A stretch of DNA of 62,531 bases, the filler included, from Choristocarpus tenellus KU-1152 (taxonomy: Eukaryota; Protista; Phaeophyceae): the NCBI GenBank assembly GCA_964200185.2. It is 9 parts of 9 records of this genome, joined end to end, with 100 filler letters (N's around TTAATTAATTAA, not from the genome) between each part and the next. Parts side by side here need not be neighbours in the genome. Positions count along the whole stretch, not along the records: positions 40,824 to 57,055 come from CAXNAD020000853.1; positions 57,156 to 62,531 come from CAXNAD020010993.1; 7 more parts are not named here. One strand, given 5' to 3'. Shown one piece after another: positions 50,901-62,531 of this stretch. The translations under genes were made by a program, and so were the position numbers. The notes beneath the pieces were generated by a model. The model had not been told where the DNA came from. It made no database searches and saw only the letters and a program-made list of their open reading frames with translations. Each line of letters begins with the position of its first letter. Positions within the stretch are counted from its first letter, which is position 1.

Positions 50901-51242
50901 TGGTCAAGCTCCTTTCGAAACCACTTTTTAGGCAGCGCCCTATCTGAGGTAGCGTTTAACAATTAGGTTGCATAGGCATACCGAATGGTATGTGCTTAAA
51001 ACTGGACCAAAGTGACATCTTAATATCCAGATCCCTCCCAAAATAAATGAGTATCTCGTTCCAATAACCCTAAACAATTTTTTGTATAATACCCACATAC
51101 AGAAACTACTACATCAATTGAATCCTCTTTAACTTCAGTTGGATCCTCTCTAACTTTCTTCATTGCAAATATTTATTTCCACCTATTCTATATATACATC
51201 TAAACATATTCCTAAAATGATCTCCTTGAAAGTTTCTGAGTG

Positions 51243-51627
51243 TGACGTTCGTTTTACGGTCCATTCTGTTCGTGACTTTATATCTATATATTGATATAGT
51301 AAATGTCAGAGGGCATAATAGAAAAAAATATATATAGTAAGTAGTAAAATATAATAGTAGATAATGTAGGTATGATGTTCAGACTTAGCGGGTCGAAAAA
51401 TGAACGATATTGAAGAACCGGCTCTATTTGTGGTAGTAATGGACCGCCATACGTAATCAGTGAACAACGTCACTAAAAAAAAATATATGTTCAGAAGTGC
51501 GTTCGTATGACGTCCCCTCCTCTTCAGATCCCACCAACTCACAACTACTCATTCAACTCAATTAGTCCACTTTGGTCTACACTCCTCAAAGGACACCGAA
51601 TATCACCCTCGAAGCGTAAATTGACGT
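51243..51627. promoter_or_regulatory. Cluster of TGACGT motifs upstream of glutamine synthetase
   Basis: TGACGT at 51243, 51508, 51622 (+) and 51467 (-); a fifth in intron 1 at 51950 (-). Confidence 0.45.
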
Positions 51628-51631
51628 GACC

Positions 51632-54570
51632 ATGTCCACCTTTAACACCCACACTAAGCTTTCGGATGAAGTTTTGGCGTCCTTCATGTCTCTGGGCCAG
51701 GGTGGAAAGTGCGTTGCAGAATACATCTGGATTGGCGGGTCTGGTCAGGACCTTCGGTGCAAGGCCCGCACCTTGAGCAAGAAGCCGGAATCAGTGTCTG
51801 AACTGTGAGTTCACAATTTGCATCCAGATACTCTTGTTTATTCCTGAATGGTGACAGACCTTAGAAATAGAGCGGGACATTATTCTGTTCTCTACTCGCA
51901 CATGCATGTTCATAATTCACGTGATAAGATCTGTTCGATATGCAGGGTTACGTCATATGCAGATGTTTCGGTCCCACAAATGCGATGGTGTAGAGAGCGC
52001 AGGTTCGGTTTTATGCTGTAACAGCCTTGTTTAGATTGCTTTTAGCGTAAATACCTGCAGATGGACAAAGCTTTCTCCTTGTTGGTGGGTCCTTTCTCCA
52101 CCATCTTGGGACCTCAAGGGTCACCGGTTGGGATTTTTTTTGTGGATTTTCTCGCCGCTGCCGTCTATGTTAACCAGATATACGCAAAGCTTGCATACTT
52201 TTCTCAGTTCACACAAATTTCGCCTTCCCAAGTAGAAGTTCAACCATAAATGAACCAACCTAATGCGCTAATCATGTGTCTGCTTGCCACCTCTGTTCCA
52301 ATTTATTTCATTTTAGGCCAAAGTGGAATTTTGATGGTTCTTCCACAGGGCAGGCACCTGGTGATGACTCGGAAGTGATCCTCTACCCCCAGGCCATTTA
52401 CGCCGACCCCTTCCGTGGGGGTGACAACATCCTGGTGATGTGCGACTGTTACAAGCCCGATGGCACCCCCATCGACAACAACACCCGGTTTTCCTGCGCC
52501 GAGAAGATGGAGGAGGTATGCTGAGTTTGACATTTACACGACGTTAAGAGGGGGGGATTCCACATTTTGGTAGGGGAGCGAATATATTTCGTGTCTAGAT
52601 CTAGTCTCTGTATCACTTAACTACATAATTTGCTCTCCATCCTTTCGCTCTTTTGCGATACCAGGTAAAGGAAAGCGTACCCTGGTTTGGTATTGAGCAG
52701 GAGTACACATTGTTTGAGGCTGATGGCACAACCCCCTTCGGCTGGCCCAAGAATGGATACCCCGGTCCCCAGGTAAATCACCTCATACGTTCATGATAAT
52801 ACTTTAGACAGATGAAATTCGGTGTGTTAAGCATCCTGCTTGCATATCTTTCCTCATTTTTGACCTGTGGGTTTGGGGAGTATTGACATGTCTACAGTCT
52901 CTTCCTCAAGGCAACACCAATCAGAAGCTCTGGTGTTCACAATATTTGACTTCATCGAATGTAAAAACAGGGGCCCTACTACTGCTCCATCGGCTTTGAG
53001 AACTCTTTTGGTAGACACATCATGGATGCTCACTACAAGGCCTGCCTCCACGCTGGTGTCACCATCTCAGGAACTAATGGGGAGGTTATGCCTGGGCAGT
53101 GGGAATACCAGGTGACCTCTAAGGGCTGAGCAGTTATTATATAGCTAGAGTTCACCTGATCGTGAAGTGGTTTTAGTTGAACGCTTCATCAACAGATGGT
53201 TGTGAAATAGCCAGTACATGAGGTGTTCGCTTTTTTCGTCCTTACATTTTGTGATTTGAATCAGGATTATCTATGAAGCCAAGGTTGCTTCTCGATTTCA
53301 AACTTTTTTTCAAATTATCCATCCCACTGTCACTTAGTAATGCATCAACGATTTCTGAAGTCTAGATGGTTCACCTTTTCAGTGCCCCATGTTCTGAGAC
53401 TGTATCACCTCGATCAACTACGCTCCATCACACCAGGTTGGCCCCTGTGTAGGCATCAGTTCCGGCGATGAGCTTTGGGTCTCTCGCTACCTGCTCTACC
53501 GTGTGTGTGAGCAGTTCGGTGTGATTGTGTCACTGGACCCCAAGCCCATCCCTGGGGACTGGAACGGTGCTGGCTGCCACACCAACTACTCCACTAAGGA
53601 GATGCGTGAAGAGGGGGGCTATGATGCTATCATTGCAGCTATTGAGAAGCTGGCCCTGAAGCATGATGAACACATTGCTGCATACGGAGAGGTGAGTTAA
53701 GACTTTTTGATTTTTTTTTGCGGTGCACTAAAGGGTAAGAGAGAGGTGCATGTTCCCAGGCACATCATTAAACGGAGCTATTGTGCCTCTTGAGTTTAGT
53801 TTGAAACTATCGTCTAATCCAGCAAGTGTACTTTCAGTTTGCGATTTAATGGGTGGCCAAAAAAAGCTGATGCATTGTTTTCGTAGTCTCACGGTCCTGA
53901 ATCAGGTTTGAATTTTTTGTGTGAGGGCTGAACAACTGATTAATTCTGAAGACAGATCAAGAATGAATTAGGAGTTGGAACATGGAGCTGAACTAAACAC
54001 CATGCAAAATCGTCAAAAACCGTTTTTGTTATGACTGTTGACTCCTTTTGAGTGAACATCCACCTTCAGACTTAAGGCCTTGGCTCCTGTGTTCATACAA
54101 AAAATAACCAATGTTTCTGTCTCAACTTGGCAGGGTAACGAGCGCCGTCTTACGGGACATCACGAAACTGCCTCGATCTCGAAGTTCTCGTATGGTGTGG
54201 CGAATCGGGGTGCATCTGTCCGTATCCCACGCACGGCAGAGGCAGAGAAGAAGGGATACTTTGAAGACCGCCGCCCATCATCCAACATGGACCCATACGT
54301 GGTTACGGGGAAGATTGTCGAGGTAACACAAGATTGTTTTGATGTTTCCGATTTTTTTTTCTTGTTTCTGTTCTGTTTTGTTTGAGTAAAAATTTCTTCT
54401 GGTCCTATATGTGTGTGCACTTTTGAAAGGGTATTTATGTAGTGGCCCAGCAGTATGTTGGTGGAATTTTCTAACCCAACTGTTTGAAATGTTTGATTTG
54501 TTGTTGACACCTGTCTCTTGTCCTCTGCCCTGTGTACTCTCTGCTTGATAAACAGACCACCCTGCTTTAG
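51632..54570 (+). CDS. GLN1: Glutamine synthetase type II, cytosolic (no targeting peptide), 359 aa, 7 exons
   Basis: Exons 51632-51804, 52317-52515, 52665-52772, 52971-53111, 53437-53691, 54134-54322, 54556-54570 (1080 nt, all GT-AG). Motifs [86 protein letters not shown]. Confidence 0.98.
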
Positions 54571-56084
54571 ATGAGACGATGAGGAGCATTTTGTACAGCC
54601 AAGGATAACTTCGTGCATGTGCTGCTGTAGATTTCTTGCTTGCTCTTGTAACATGTTACAGTGATTCCTTTTCAAGGGCAGCACAATCATACAGATTAAG
54701 GTCTGATTAGTGCAATCACCAGAGTCCTGTTGTAGAGCTAAGCCAGTGTTGATTCCCACAGAGTCCTTCATTGCTGTAATGGACATAGCATGTGTACCTT
54801 CTCAGGGGTAGTTTTTTTAAATTCATGTTTGCAAGTGTTAATGATTCCACCCTTCTGCGAGGAAAATTAAGAGTACATTCTTAGCCATTGTCTTGTGAAA
54901 GCCTTTTCCCATCTCCAGTGATTTTAATGTGATGTGGTGGTACGATCATATCACAATTCTTTTGCGGTGTACGACGAATTTTGTCCAAATAGTTGGAAGA
55001 TACGACGATATTGACAATTGCCCACTGTCGCTTCAAGAGCTCTCTTTTCTTTTTTGGATTAAAGTGCGATGTAGGATCTTGGAGGAGTGGGTAGGGAAAG
55101 GGTTGAGAATAGTACTGCTGGAGGTGTCTTCAGTGAGTGGCAGTCGATATATTTTTGGTCTCTTCAAATTGAATGGGAGGAAATTGTTGATATAAATAGC
55201 ACTCAAGGTATATACCGTGTCAGCTTAGGCGACACTGATGTCCTGCGCCACTTAAAACATTTCTGGATTGAGAAATACGCAGTTTTTTTGAGTCTTCAGC
55301 TGGAGATAAAGTTAGGTTTTTAACATGCTACATCCCAAACATGTGCTGTGTTCTTTCACACATTCTTGTAGTTTCAAGAAAGCGTTCATTGACCCTCTAG
55401 ATAAAGATTGTTACTGACAATTGTGAAGAGATGTGATAAACCACTGGTATGAAAAGTCCTAAAATCCCAACCCTCAATTTTTTATCTAAATTTTGGAAGC
55501 CCGTGTGATACTTTACATACTAGTTTTCTGCAGCTGCAATTTTGCTGGGGGGTCACCAGTGGAGCAAAAGCTCAATTTGGTAAGGTGTAGGTTATGTGTG
55601 GATCGATGCCTGCTGGTGCAACATTAGACATGACCGGAGACAAAAATGCTGAACTTAATTGATCAATATATTTGTACTAGACTAAATATCTGTGTGCGAA
55701 CAAAAGAGAGTACGGTTCGTTTCCTCCATTCACTCTTCTCCTGCTATTGGTTAGTGCTTGCTGATACGTTTCTGAATCATGCGAAAAATAATGCTGTTTA
55801 TGGGGAAGTTTACGAAGTAATACGAATTTTTGTGTGCGGAAGAATTCTGGTAGTTAGGTGGTACAGGGATTGGAGAGGCGAGGAAGGGATAAAACAAAGT
55901 AGTCAAGAGGTGAATGAAGAGTAATACTGTGTGATTAGGAGCCAGAAGTGCAATTAAAGAAGTGGTTGGTAGGTGGAGGTATTATAAGGTAAGAAGGAAG
56001 AGGCACAGTATGATGAAGGGATGTTCTTGGATGATTGTGGAGTGGAGTGGTAACTGGAGTGGGGTTGAGTGAGGTTGAAGGTTT

Positions 56085-56305
56085 GGGTGGTGACTGGAAA
56101 TCAATTTTGAAAGGAGTTTACATTGGTTGATCAATTGCACGGGGGGGGTGACTGGAAATCAGTGGCGAAGCGGTCGCACTGGTTGTTCATCAGACGTGGG
56201 GGTGTCTGGAAATCAGTGGCAAAGGGGGTTCGCGCTGGTTGGTAATTGCAGGGGGGAGAGGTGACTGAAAAATCCTTGGCAAGGGGGGTTTGCACTGGTT
56301 GGTTA
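56085..56305. repeat. Degenerate ~55-bp tandem repeat, about 4 units
   Basis: Recurring GGTGACTGGAAATCAGTGGC...CACTGGTTG. Confidence 0.75.
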
Positions 56306-57155
56306 CAAAGTGGTAGTACAATGGGGAGGAGGGGAATGGGTGGAATGCAAATAAAGAATAAAATATAATCCAGAAATCATGAGGAAAACAAAATATCAAT
56401 TATATTTGTTTGATTCGTATTTGACACAGAAACAAGCAAAACATGCTATAGACATAAAAATAAAATTTGCTGTGGTCAAAAAACCCTATGAAACAGAGGA
56501 AATTTCTAGCGACTGTTACTGTTGTTGTAGATCATAATGATTATTGCAAATCGGTAGGGTCAGAACGAACCTGATCTTTTCATTGGTCGAATGTCTTACA
56601 ATTTTCCTGTCCCAAGACCAATTAGAGGAGATCATTTTAATTTGAACACTTTTGATTTGGTGTAATCAATCGTCTTACATTCTATTATGACTGGAACTTT
56701 TTTTTCTTGATAGAAGAGACCTCTATAATAATAGAGTAAAAAGTGAATTCGAATTTAGTGGAGGAGTTTGAAGAACTGGGAAAAATTCTTCCGTCCACCA
56801 ATGATGATCTTTTTCTAGAGATTGAAACTGTGTTGAATATTAGAGCATTTGAATTTTCTATTGGAAGAAAAACACAATATTTTTTCCACCATTCGGTATC
56901 CAGAAAATCTTTCAACACAAAAAGACCAATTTGACTTTTTTTGACACAACTAACAGCCTCTCAGCAAAATTGAGGATGGAGCATACCATGGAGGATGGGT
57001 TTGACCCAAAATGGTACGCGGAAAGTGCACCTGTTTTTTTTTTTGTAAATTTTGCNNNNNNNNNNNNNNNNNNNNNNNNNNNNNNNNNNNNNNNNNNNNT
57101 TAATTAATTAANNNNNNNNNNNNNNNNNNNNNNNNNNNNNNNNNNNNNNNNNNNN

Positions 57156-57174
57156 CTCCCAGATACTTTGGGTC
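57156..57174. mobile_element. MITE family A terminus at contig edge
   Basis: CTCCCAGATACTTTGGGTC directly after Ns. Confidence 0.7.
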
Positions 57175-57600
57175 TTACCCACTTCTACCTGCTATGCATT
57201 TCAGTCTGTGCGCTCTCTTGTAGAAACAAAAAGGTTGGGGGCTGATCAATTGATCTCTGCCCAAGCAACCAAATATTCTTATATCATTAGACACGTTACC
57301 AACCAAAGTCTTTCCTTATCTCCAAATCTTGGTTTTGGATCGTAGTACTTGTCATTCATACGATAGATAATGTTATAAAACAGATCCTACATCCTCCCCC
57401 TTCTACCTCTCGAACCTGCCACGTATCATCCAAAACAAAGACATCCCTCTCATTTTGCCATTTGTAGACAACCTAAACCTTCAGTAACACCAGTGTTGAG
57501 TAGGATATCATGGTTGGATGATGGAGGTATCTTTACATTATTAGTATTCCAGCTCTCTTGCAATCAGGTTTGGGATCGGAATCGTGGAAATTGTTGACAA

Positions 57601-57799
57601 TGGTTTGGAAGTGGATACCATACGCGGAAATTGGTCGCATTGGTTTAGAAGTGGATACTATACGAGAGAATTGGTCGCAATGGTTTGTAAGTGGATACCA
57701 TACGCAAAAATTGGCCGCATTGGTTTGGAAGTTGATACCATACACGGAAATAGCCGCATTGGTTTGGCAGTGGATATCATATGAGGGAATTGGTCGCAT
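57601..57799. repeat. 40-bp minisatellite, 5 units, followed by an ~87-bp direct duplication (57786-57872 / 57925-58011)
   Basis: TGGTTTGGAAGTGGATACCATACGCGGAAATTGGTCGCAT units start at 57601, 57641, 57681, 57721, 57760. Confidence 0.92.
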
Positions 57800-60700
57800 A
57801 GTTGAGGTGGTAATAAGGTGGTGGTGTGACTCTTTGTAGGTTGGAGTTAGTGGTGTGACGTCAGTTGATGAAAGTGGATACCAATCGCGGAAATTGACCG
57901 CATTTGGTGGTGATTGGACATGTGGGAATTGGCCGCATAGTTGGGATGGTAATAAGGTGGTGGTGTGACTCTCTGTCGGTTGGAGTGAGTGGTGTGATGT
58001 CAGTTGATGAAGAGTGGAGTGGATGTAAGACTAGCAAAGGCTAAGTATTCGAGAAATCGTGAGAAAAGGAAAATATAATAAAAAAACTACAGTTAGAAGC
58101 AAAGGGGGGGCATGGATTCGGGGGTTCGAACCCGTTGAACTCAAGACAATTTTCAGGGTAATGTGTATTGGATTATTTTGAGGTAGTCTTGGACTAACGT
58201 GGAGTGCTGTGGAGGATTGTGGAATGTTGCCGAAGAATGTCGAGTGCCATGGATGGAGGTAGGGCGTTTTGGGAGGATTTGTGTGGAAGTGGATTCGCGG
58301 AAATTGAATGACGATAGCTTCAAATATCCACTACTTCGCACCTAGGGATAGCTACGAATAGTGTCTTGGTCATTTCCACTTTTGTGTGGACACTATCTCA
58401 ACCCATGGTCAGAGGGATTAAATACTGTACACTCCAACTAGTTATCATACCAGCTAATGAATGCTATGTAGGTAGAGTACTAAATGATTTACTACAAAGC
58501 ATGTTCTATTGCTAGTTGTTGCATTTACTGCCTCCGTTAATGTCTTTCTTTTCGTGGGTTAGACACACCATGCGGCTTGTCACTTCGCCTCCTCCCTCGA
58601 ATTTCCTCGTGGACTCGACTCAACGTCACTCAGTAATGAAACCTTACCTCTTTTTTCTTTGTCTGGTATTTGTTGTTGAATGGTGAGCTACAGAGAGAGA
58701 TGGAAAAGGACAATAATAAGCGTGGTTGATATGTGGGATCTGGATGATCATACCAGATGTTCACAAAAACGTTTGTCATTGAGCAACTTGAGCTGCATAT
58801 ATAGTGAATGTGGGTTTGGTTCATAAGCACATACGAAAATGACCAGAACTGTGTAGGCCACGTATATGTAACGTATAGACGTGGATTCTTCCATCTCCTC
58901 CAGCGGATCAAAAAATCAAAGACTAGTTACACAGCAATTAATTTAGGATTGGATTTCTAATGTATCGCAAAAATACTGCATAAAAGCATCCCCTACTTCC
59001 ACACTGTTATTTCAAGTCAAGACTATAGGAAATAAGCGACCTAGCCTTGGCACAATCCTGACAGACTACGTTGAATACTGCACACCTTGGGAAACTTTTT
59101 CTGAAACCCAACCTGCATCGTTAGGCCTCGGTTGTTCTGATACAGTAGAATGTTGAACTTCACCTACCAGAAGTGATCGTGGTGATGGTACTTCTCCCAT
59201 TGAAAGTAGGAGGAGAACATGAAGAAGATGAAGCAAGACGCACCATGGTTGATCAGTCGACTGGTGTGTATATACAACGAGCGGTAGTATCTCCATTTTT
59301 TAATATTTTCTGGTTTGTGTTTGTGCTTGCAAAGAACTGCCCTGCACCCCAAGTCTTACTCTACTATACCTTAGCCAAGGCCAATGTTGGGTATTTGGGA
59401 CTCTTTGACAGTCTCATGGTGCACAAATAGGTACGTACACGCATTTCTAGCACCCTAAGGGTGACCAACTGACGTGGACAAAAGTTTGTGTTTTTCTCTT
59501 AAAGTCATGCCATCCTGAGTGGGGTTGATTGCATCTCAGTAAGGCCCCCCCCTCCTACAAAAACGGACATACTCAGTTGCATGATGTTGTCATGTCAAAC
59601 AAGACAGAATATGTACGGTAGTAGTATTAATAATAGTAGGTTTTCGAAGTAGTTGTAAACCTCTCGACTGAAAAAACCCGAACATTTTGGTAATGTTAAT
59701 AGTACTAGCACAGTACACTACTCCAAAAAATGGGTTAAGCAAGAAAGGGCGAAAAGGTGTATGCATTAAATGGAATTAACCTCTCCTGGTCAAAGTCGCC
59801 CCCTTAACTGCTAATTCTTCATGTAGTGATCATTTTTTGTCCTCTTTGGATGACCAAAATCAACTTGTATTTGAGAGTGCATGGTAGCAGTGTGTGCATC
59901 TATTTATAGACCAACGTAGTAATTGTACTCAGCAGTTTTGACAAAGATTGAACTTGAAACGACCAAAGATATACTACCTTCAACTTCAAAATTTTAATTG
60001 CATGCAGGCGTTCGTCAAAAATACTTAAACGAAGACTAACTATGTGTGGGCTTATAATATGCATGCACGTATGCATCTGCCCCGCTAGCCCCCAAACCAA
60101 AGAGTGCAAACAAGTGCTGTTCAATATCATTGTCCATTCATTCGTTGGGACAAGGTAAGACTAACATCAATTGAAGAACTCAAAGAAAAAAAGTCCCAAC
60201 TGAGCTCAATCATCTTTCAGTCAGCTCGGAAGTAGGGTCTCGACTTGTCAAACACTGAACCACGACAAACTCTTCCCACCCCCTGCCCCCCGCCCCTATC
60301 AAACTGTTCTCAGTGCAAGTTCCCTCCACCAACATCCCTCTGCGAAACCCCACCTGGTTTCTTATTCCAGAGGAGATAGAAGAGTGCAATATTAGGGGGA
60401 ATAGTACCTATCATGTACATCCCCAAAATGTTTAAGTAGTATTTAAGGGCACTTTATTGTACACACTAGAGTTTACCACATACACTACTACACACCACAT
60501 GATATTTACTATGGATGGACTGGCTGACCTACAGCTGTACACGCATATACACACACATATACATACACATGGAAGTTGAACTCTCAGAAGTGTTCAAGGG
60601 GGGGGAGGGATGCAAAGTAGGGGCACTAACCTTTACCTTAAGAAAATAAACACTTATCTCCTAGCAAGATTCAACAATACTCGCGGAGATGACCAGAGAG

Positions 60701-61636
60701 AGTGAGAGAGTGTGTGAGAGAGAGAGAGATGAAGGGTAATCCAAACATCCAAACATAAACATAATTGGCCGTCTTGTCTTCGTAGCAAAGCATCAAGAAG
60801 ACAAGCCTGCTCGTTTGGCATGTATTCTTGCATGCCGTCCAACACACAGCCGTAATATTGCTACTACTCTTGACGCTCATCGCTACCGCCCCACTGTAAG
60901 ACTTCTCACCACTCGCATGTCCTCATGATGAGGTAACATAACATAAACATAGCGATCAGACCCCATGTTGTCACATACAGCTAATCAACACAGGTTTGGG
61001 TCCTCTTGCCTTCTAAGTCACCCTTGCTACCCTGTACAATATGCCCTCTTTCAGTGCTTTATGTGCACAGCAGTGTATGCATATTGACATTCCCCCTTCC
61101 ACACATGCACACAAAGTGATGCGACAATTCAGCAAAGGCCCTTTCTGCAATTGCACAAACGACACCCTTTCGCCATTTCTTGGTATTCATGAAATATAAC
61201 CTTGCCCATCTCTCAATTACCATGACTCTCTCATGGGAAGACTTTGAAAACCCATGGCAAAATTTCCTCCCAAGGTATGTAACTACAATCAGTCAGCGAC
61301 ACACCATTCCGTACATGTGATCAATGCCTATCTTGGGAACCTACCGGCAGGGACAGAATAGACCCTACTCTCTACCCCCTCTGTGGTGTTGTCTGTGTGT
61401 GCGTGCGCGCGCGCGCATGTGTGATATCCCAAACAACCATAGGCCGTCAGCTAAACAACAAAAAAATAAAAAACGAGACAAGAAACTACAAAAAAAACAA
61501 GATCCATGCCGGGGAGAGAAACACACAAAAAAAAAGGGACACTAATATAACCAAACAAGAAGGACCAATCACAACATCCAACACGGTACCCCAGCCTCCT
61601 CTCTTGGGATTCCTACACATTGCTAATCGTCCCCCA

Positions 61637-61653
61637 CTCTCTCTCTATCTCTC

Positions 61654-61708
<55 letters not shown>
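61637..61708. repeat. (CT)n microsatellite
   Basis: Imperfect CT dinucleotide run. Confidence 0.95.
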
Positions 61709-61712
<4 letters not shown>

Positions 61713-62487
61713 GTGCTCAGGCTTGTGTACACAGAGTCTGTGCATGCTTATCTTGGTTTGGTGTAACAAAAGGTAGCACCCAAGCACTTTTTTCACTCTA
61801 AATAGGTAAGCCCCCGTGCGTATAAGTCTAGCCGACACCGCAACAATCCCCTATGTCACAAGGAGACGGCCACTTGTCTGGTGAGAGACTGGAGAGTCAT
61901 CTGATCAGCCCTTCGCCTCTTGAGCATCGGCCTCGATCTCCACAAGGAGGTCAGGGTGCACCAGGGCGTTAACCTATGGGTGGTATGTGGTGGGGAGGGA
62001 GGGTGGTCACCGGAAAATTACGAGGCAATTTTCGAGACACAATAACAAACTGTGTAAGGAAGCCATCCTGCTAATGAATTCTGACCTGGGGTGTGACTCT
62101 TGATGAAGGCCATCAAGCGTCAAAATTGGTAAGAAATAAATAAATAAATAAATCATGTCCTCTTCACACACACAGGCCAACGACGCACATACATATACAT
62201 ATACTACCAAGAAAATACTCATCTCAACAGCCTTCTACATTTTCTAGGGGACACGATCTCATCACAGCCAAATCACGAACATACAAGCCCATTAAAAAAA
62301 GTACATAATGAGGACCATCCTATTCCACCACCACTACCACTACTGCTACTACTACTAAAATCAATAATAATATCAGAACACTATTCTAGCCTTTCACACT
62401 ACGGGATCAATACCAAAACAGACCAACCGCCTTCCAGCAGCAACAAAGTTTCCGTGAAATAGAAAAAAAATGTTCAGAAACCAACAA

Positions 62488-62531
62488 GGGTCAAAGCATC
62501 TGGGGGGGGGGGGTTGGCGTCCGTTTTTCAC
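62488..62531 (+). mobile_element. MITE family A copy truncated by window end
   Basis: GGGTCAAAGCATCTGGGGGGGG...GTCCGTTT. Confidence 0.8.

Noticed and set aside
51632-54570. Functional gene cluster linking GS with the other genes
   Set aside because: The genes are unrelated in function and separated by TE tracts and gaps.
54160-54786. 208-aa antisense ORF over GS (and similar ORFs at 7570-7818, 9576-10145, 45019-45495)
   Set aside because: Shadow frames of real exons or TE ORFs with no independent motifs.
3576-57111. Recurrent TTAATTAATTAA palindrome as a biological motif
   Set aside because: Always centred in N-runs; an assembly linker. Gene adjacency across these gaps is also uncertain.
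57601-57799. CRISPR array
   Set aside because: Units are contiguous 40-mers without unique spacers, there are no cas genes, and the context is eukaryotic.
58110-58140. tRNA gene from the GGTTCGAACCC B-box
   Set aside because: No cloverleaf or A-box can be built; at most a SINE remnant.

Overview
Eukaryotic, intron-rich, transposon-laden scaffold broken by eight N-gaps that each carry an artificial TTAATTAATTAA linker. Two proteins begin with a signal peptide plus ASAF-type (A-F) plastid-targeting motif, which points to a photosynthetic stramenopile, probably the brown-algal lineage (inference). Four spliced genes can be modelled exon by exon on the + strand: a plastid NAD(P)-binding Rossmann-fold protein (7031-9748, two GC-AG introns), a plastid membrane protein of unknown function (17317-22464, cut by a gap), a CFAP20-domain protein (30554-32347, 3' end not found) and a complete cytosolic type II glutamine synthetase (51632-54570). 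A 536-codon orphan ORF lies on the - strand (4213-5823). The rest is mostly repeats: two related MITE families sharing NNNTCAAAGTATCT termini (about 11 and 6 copies) and relics of mariner, Ty1/copia, Ty3/gypsy, RTE and CRE-like elements. Best leads: a TGACGT (aureochrome/bZIP-type) cluster at the GS promoter, a two-directional CpG-decay footprint in MITE copies, the MITE pair with mixed 3/4-bp TSDs, relaxed splice signals, and a degenerate Tat-like signal on the NAD(P)-binding protein. No multi-gene novel system can be demonstrated from the sequence alone.
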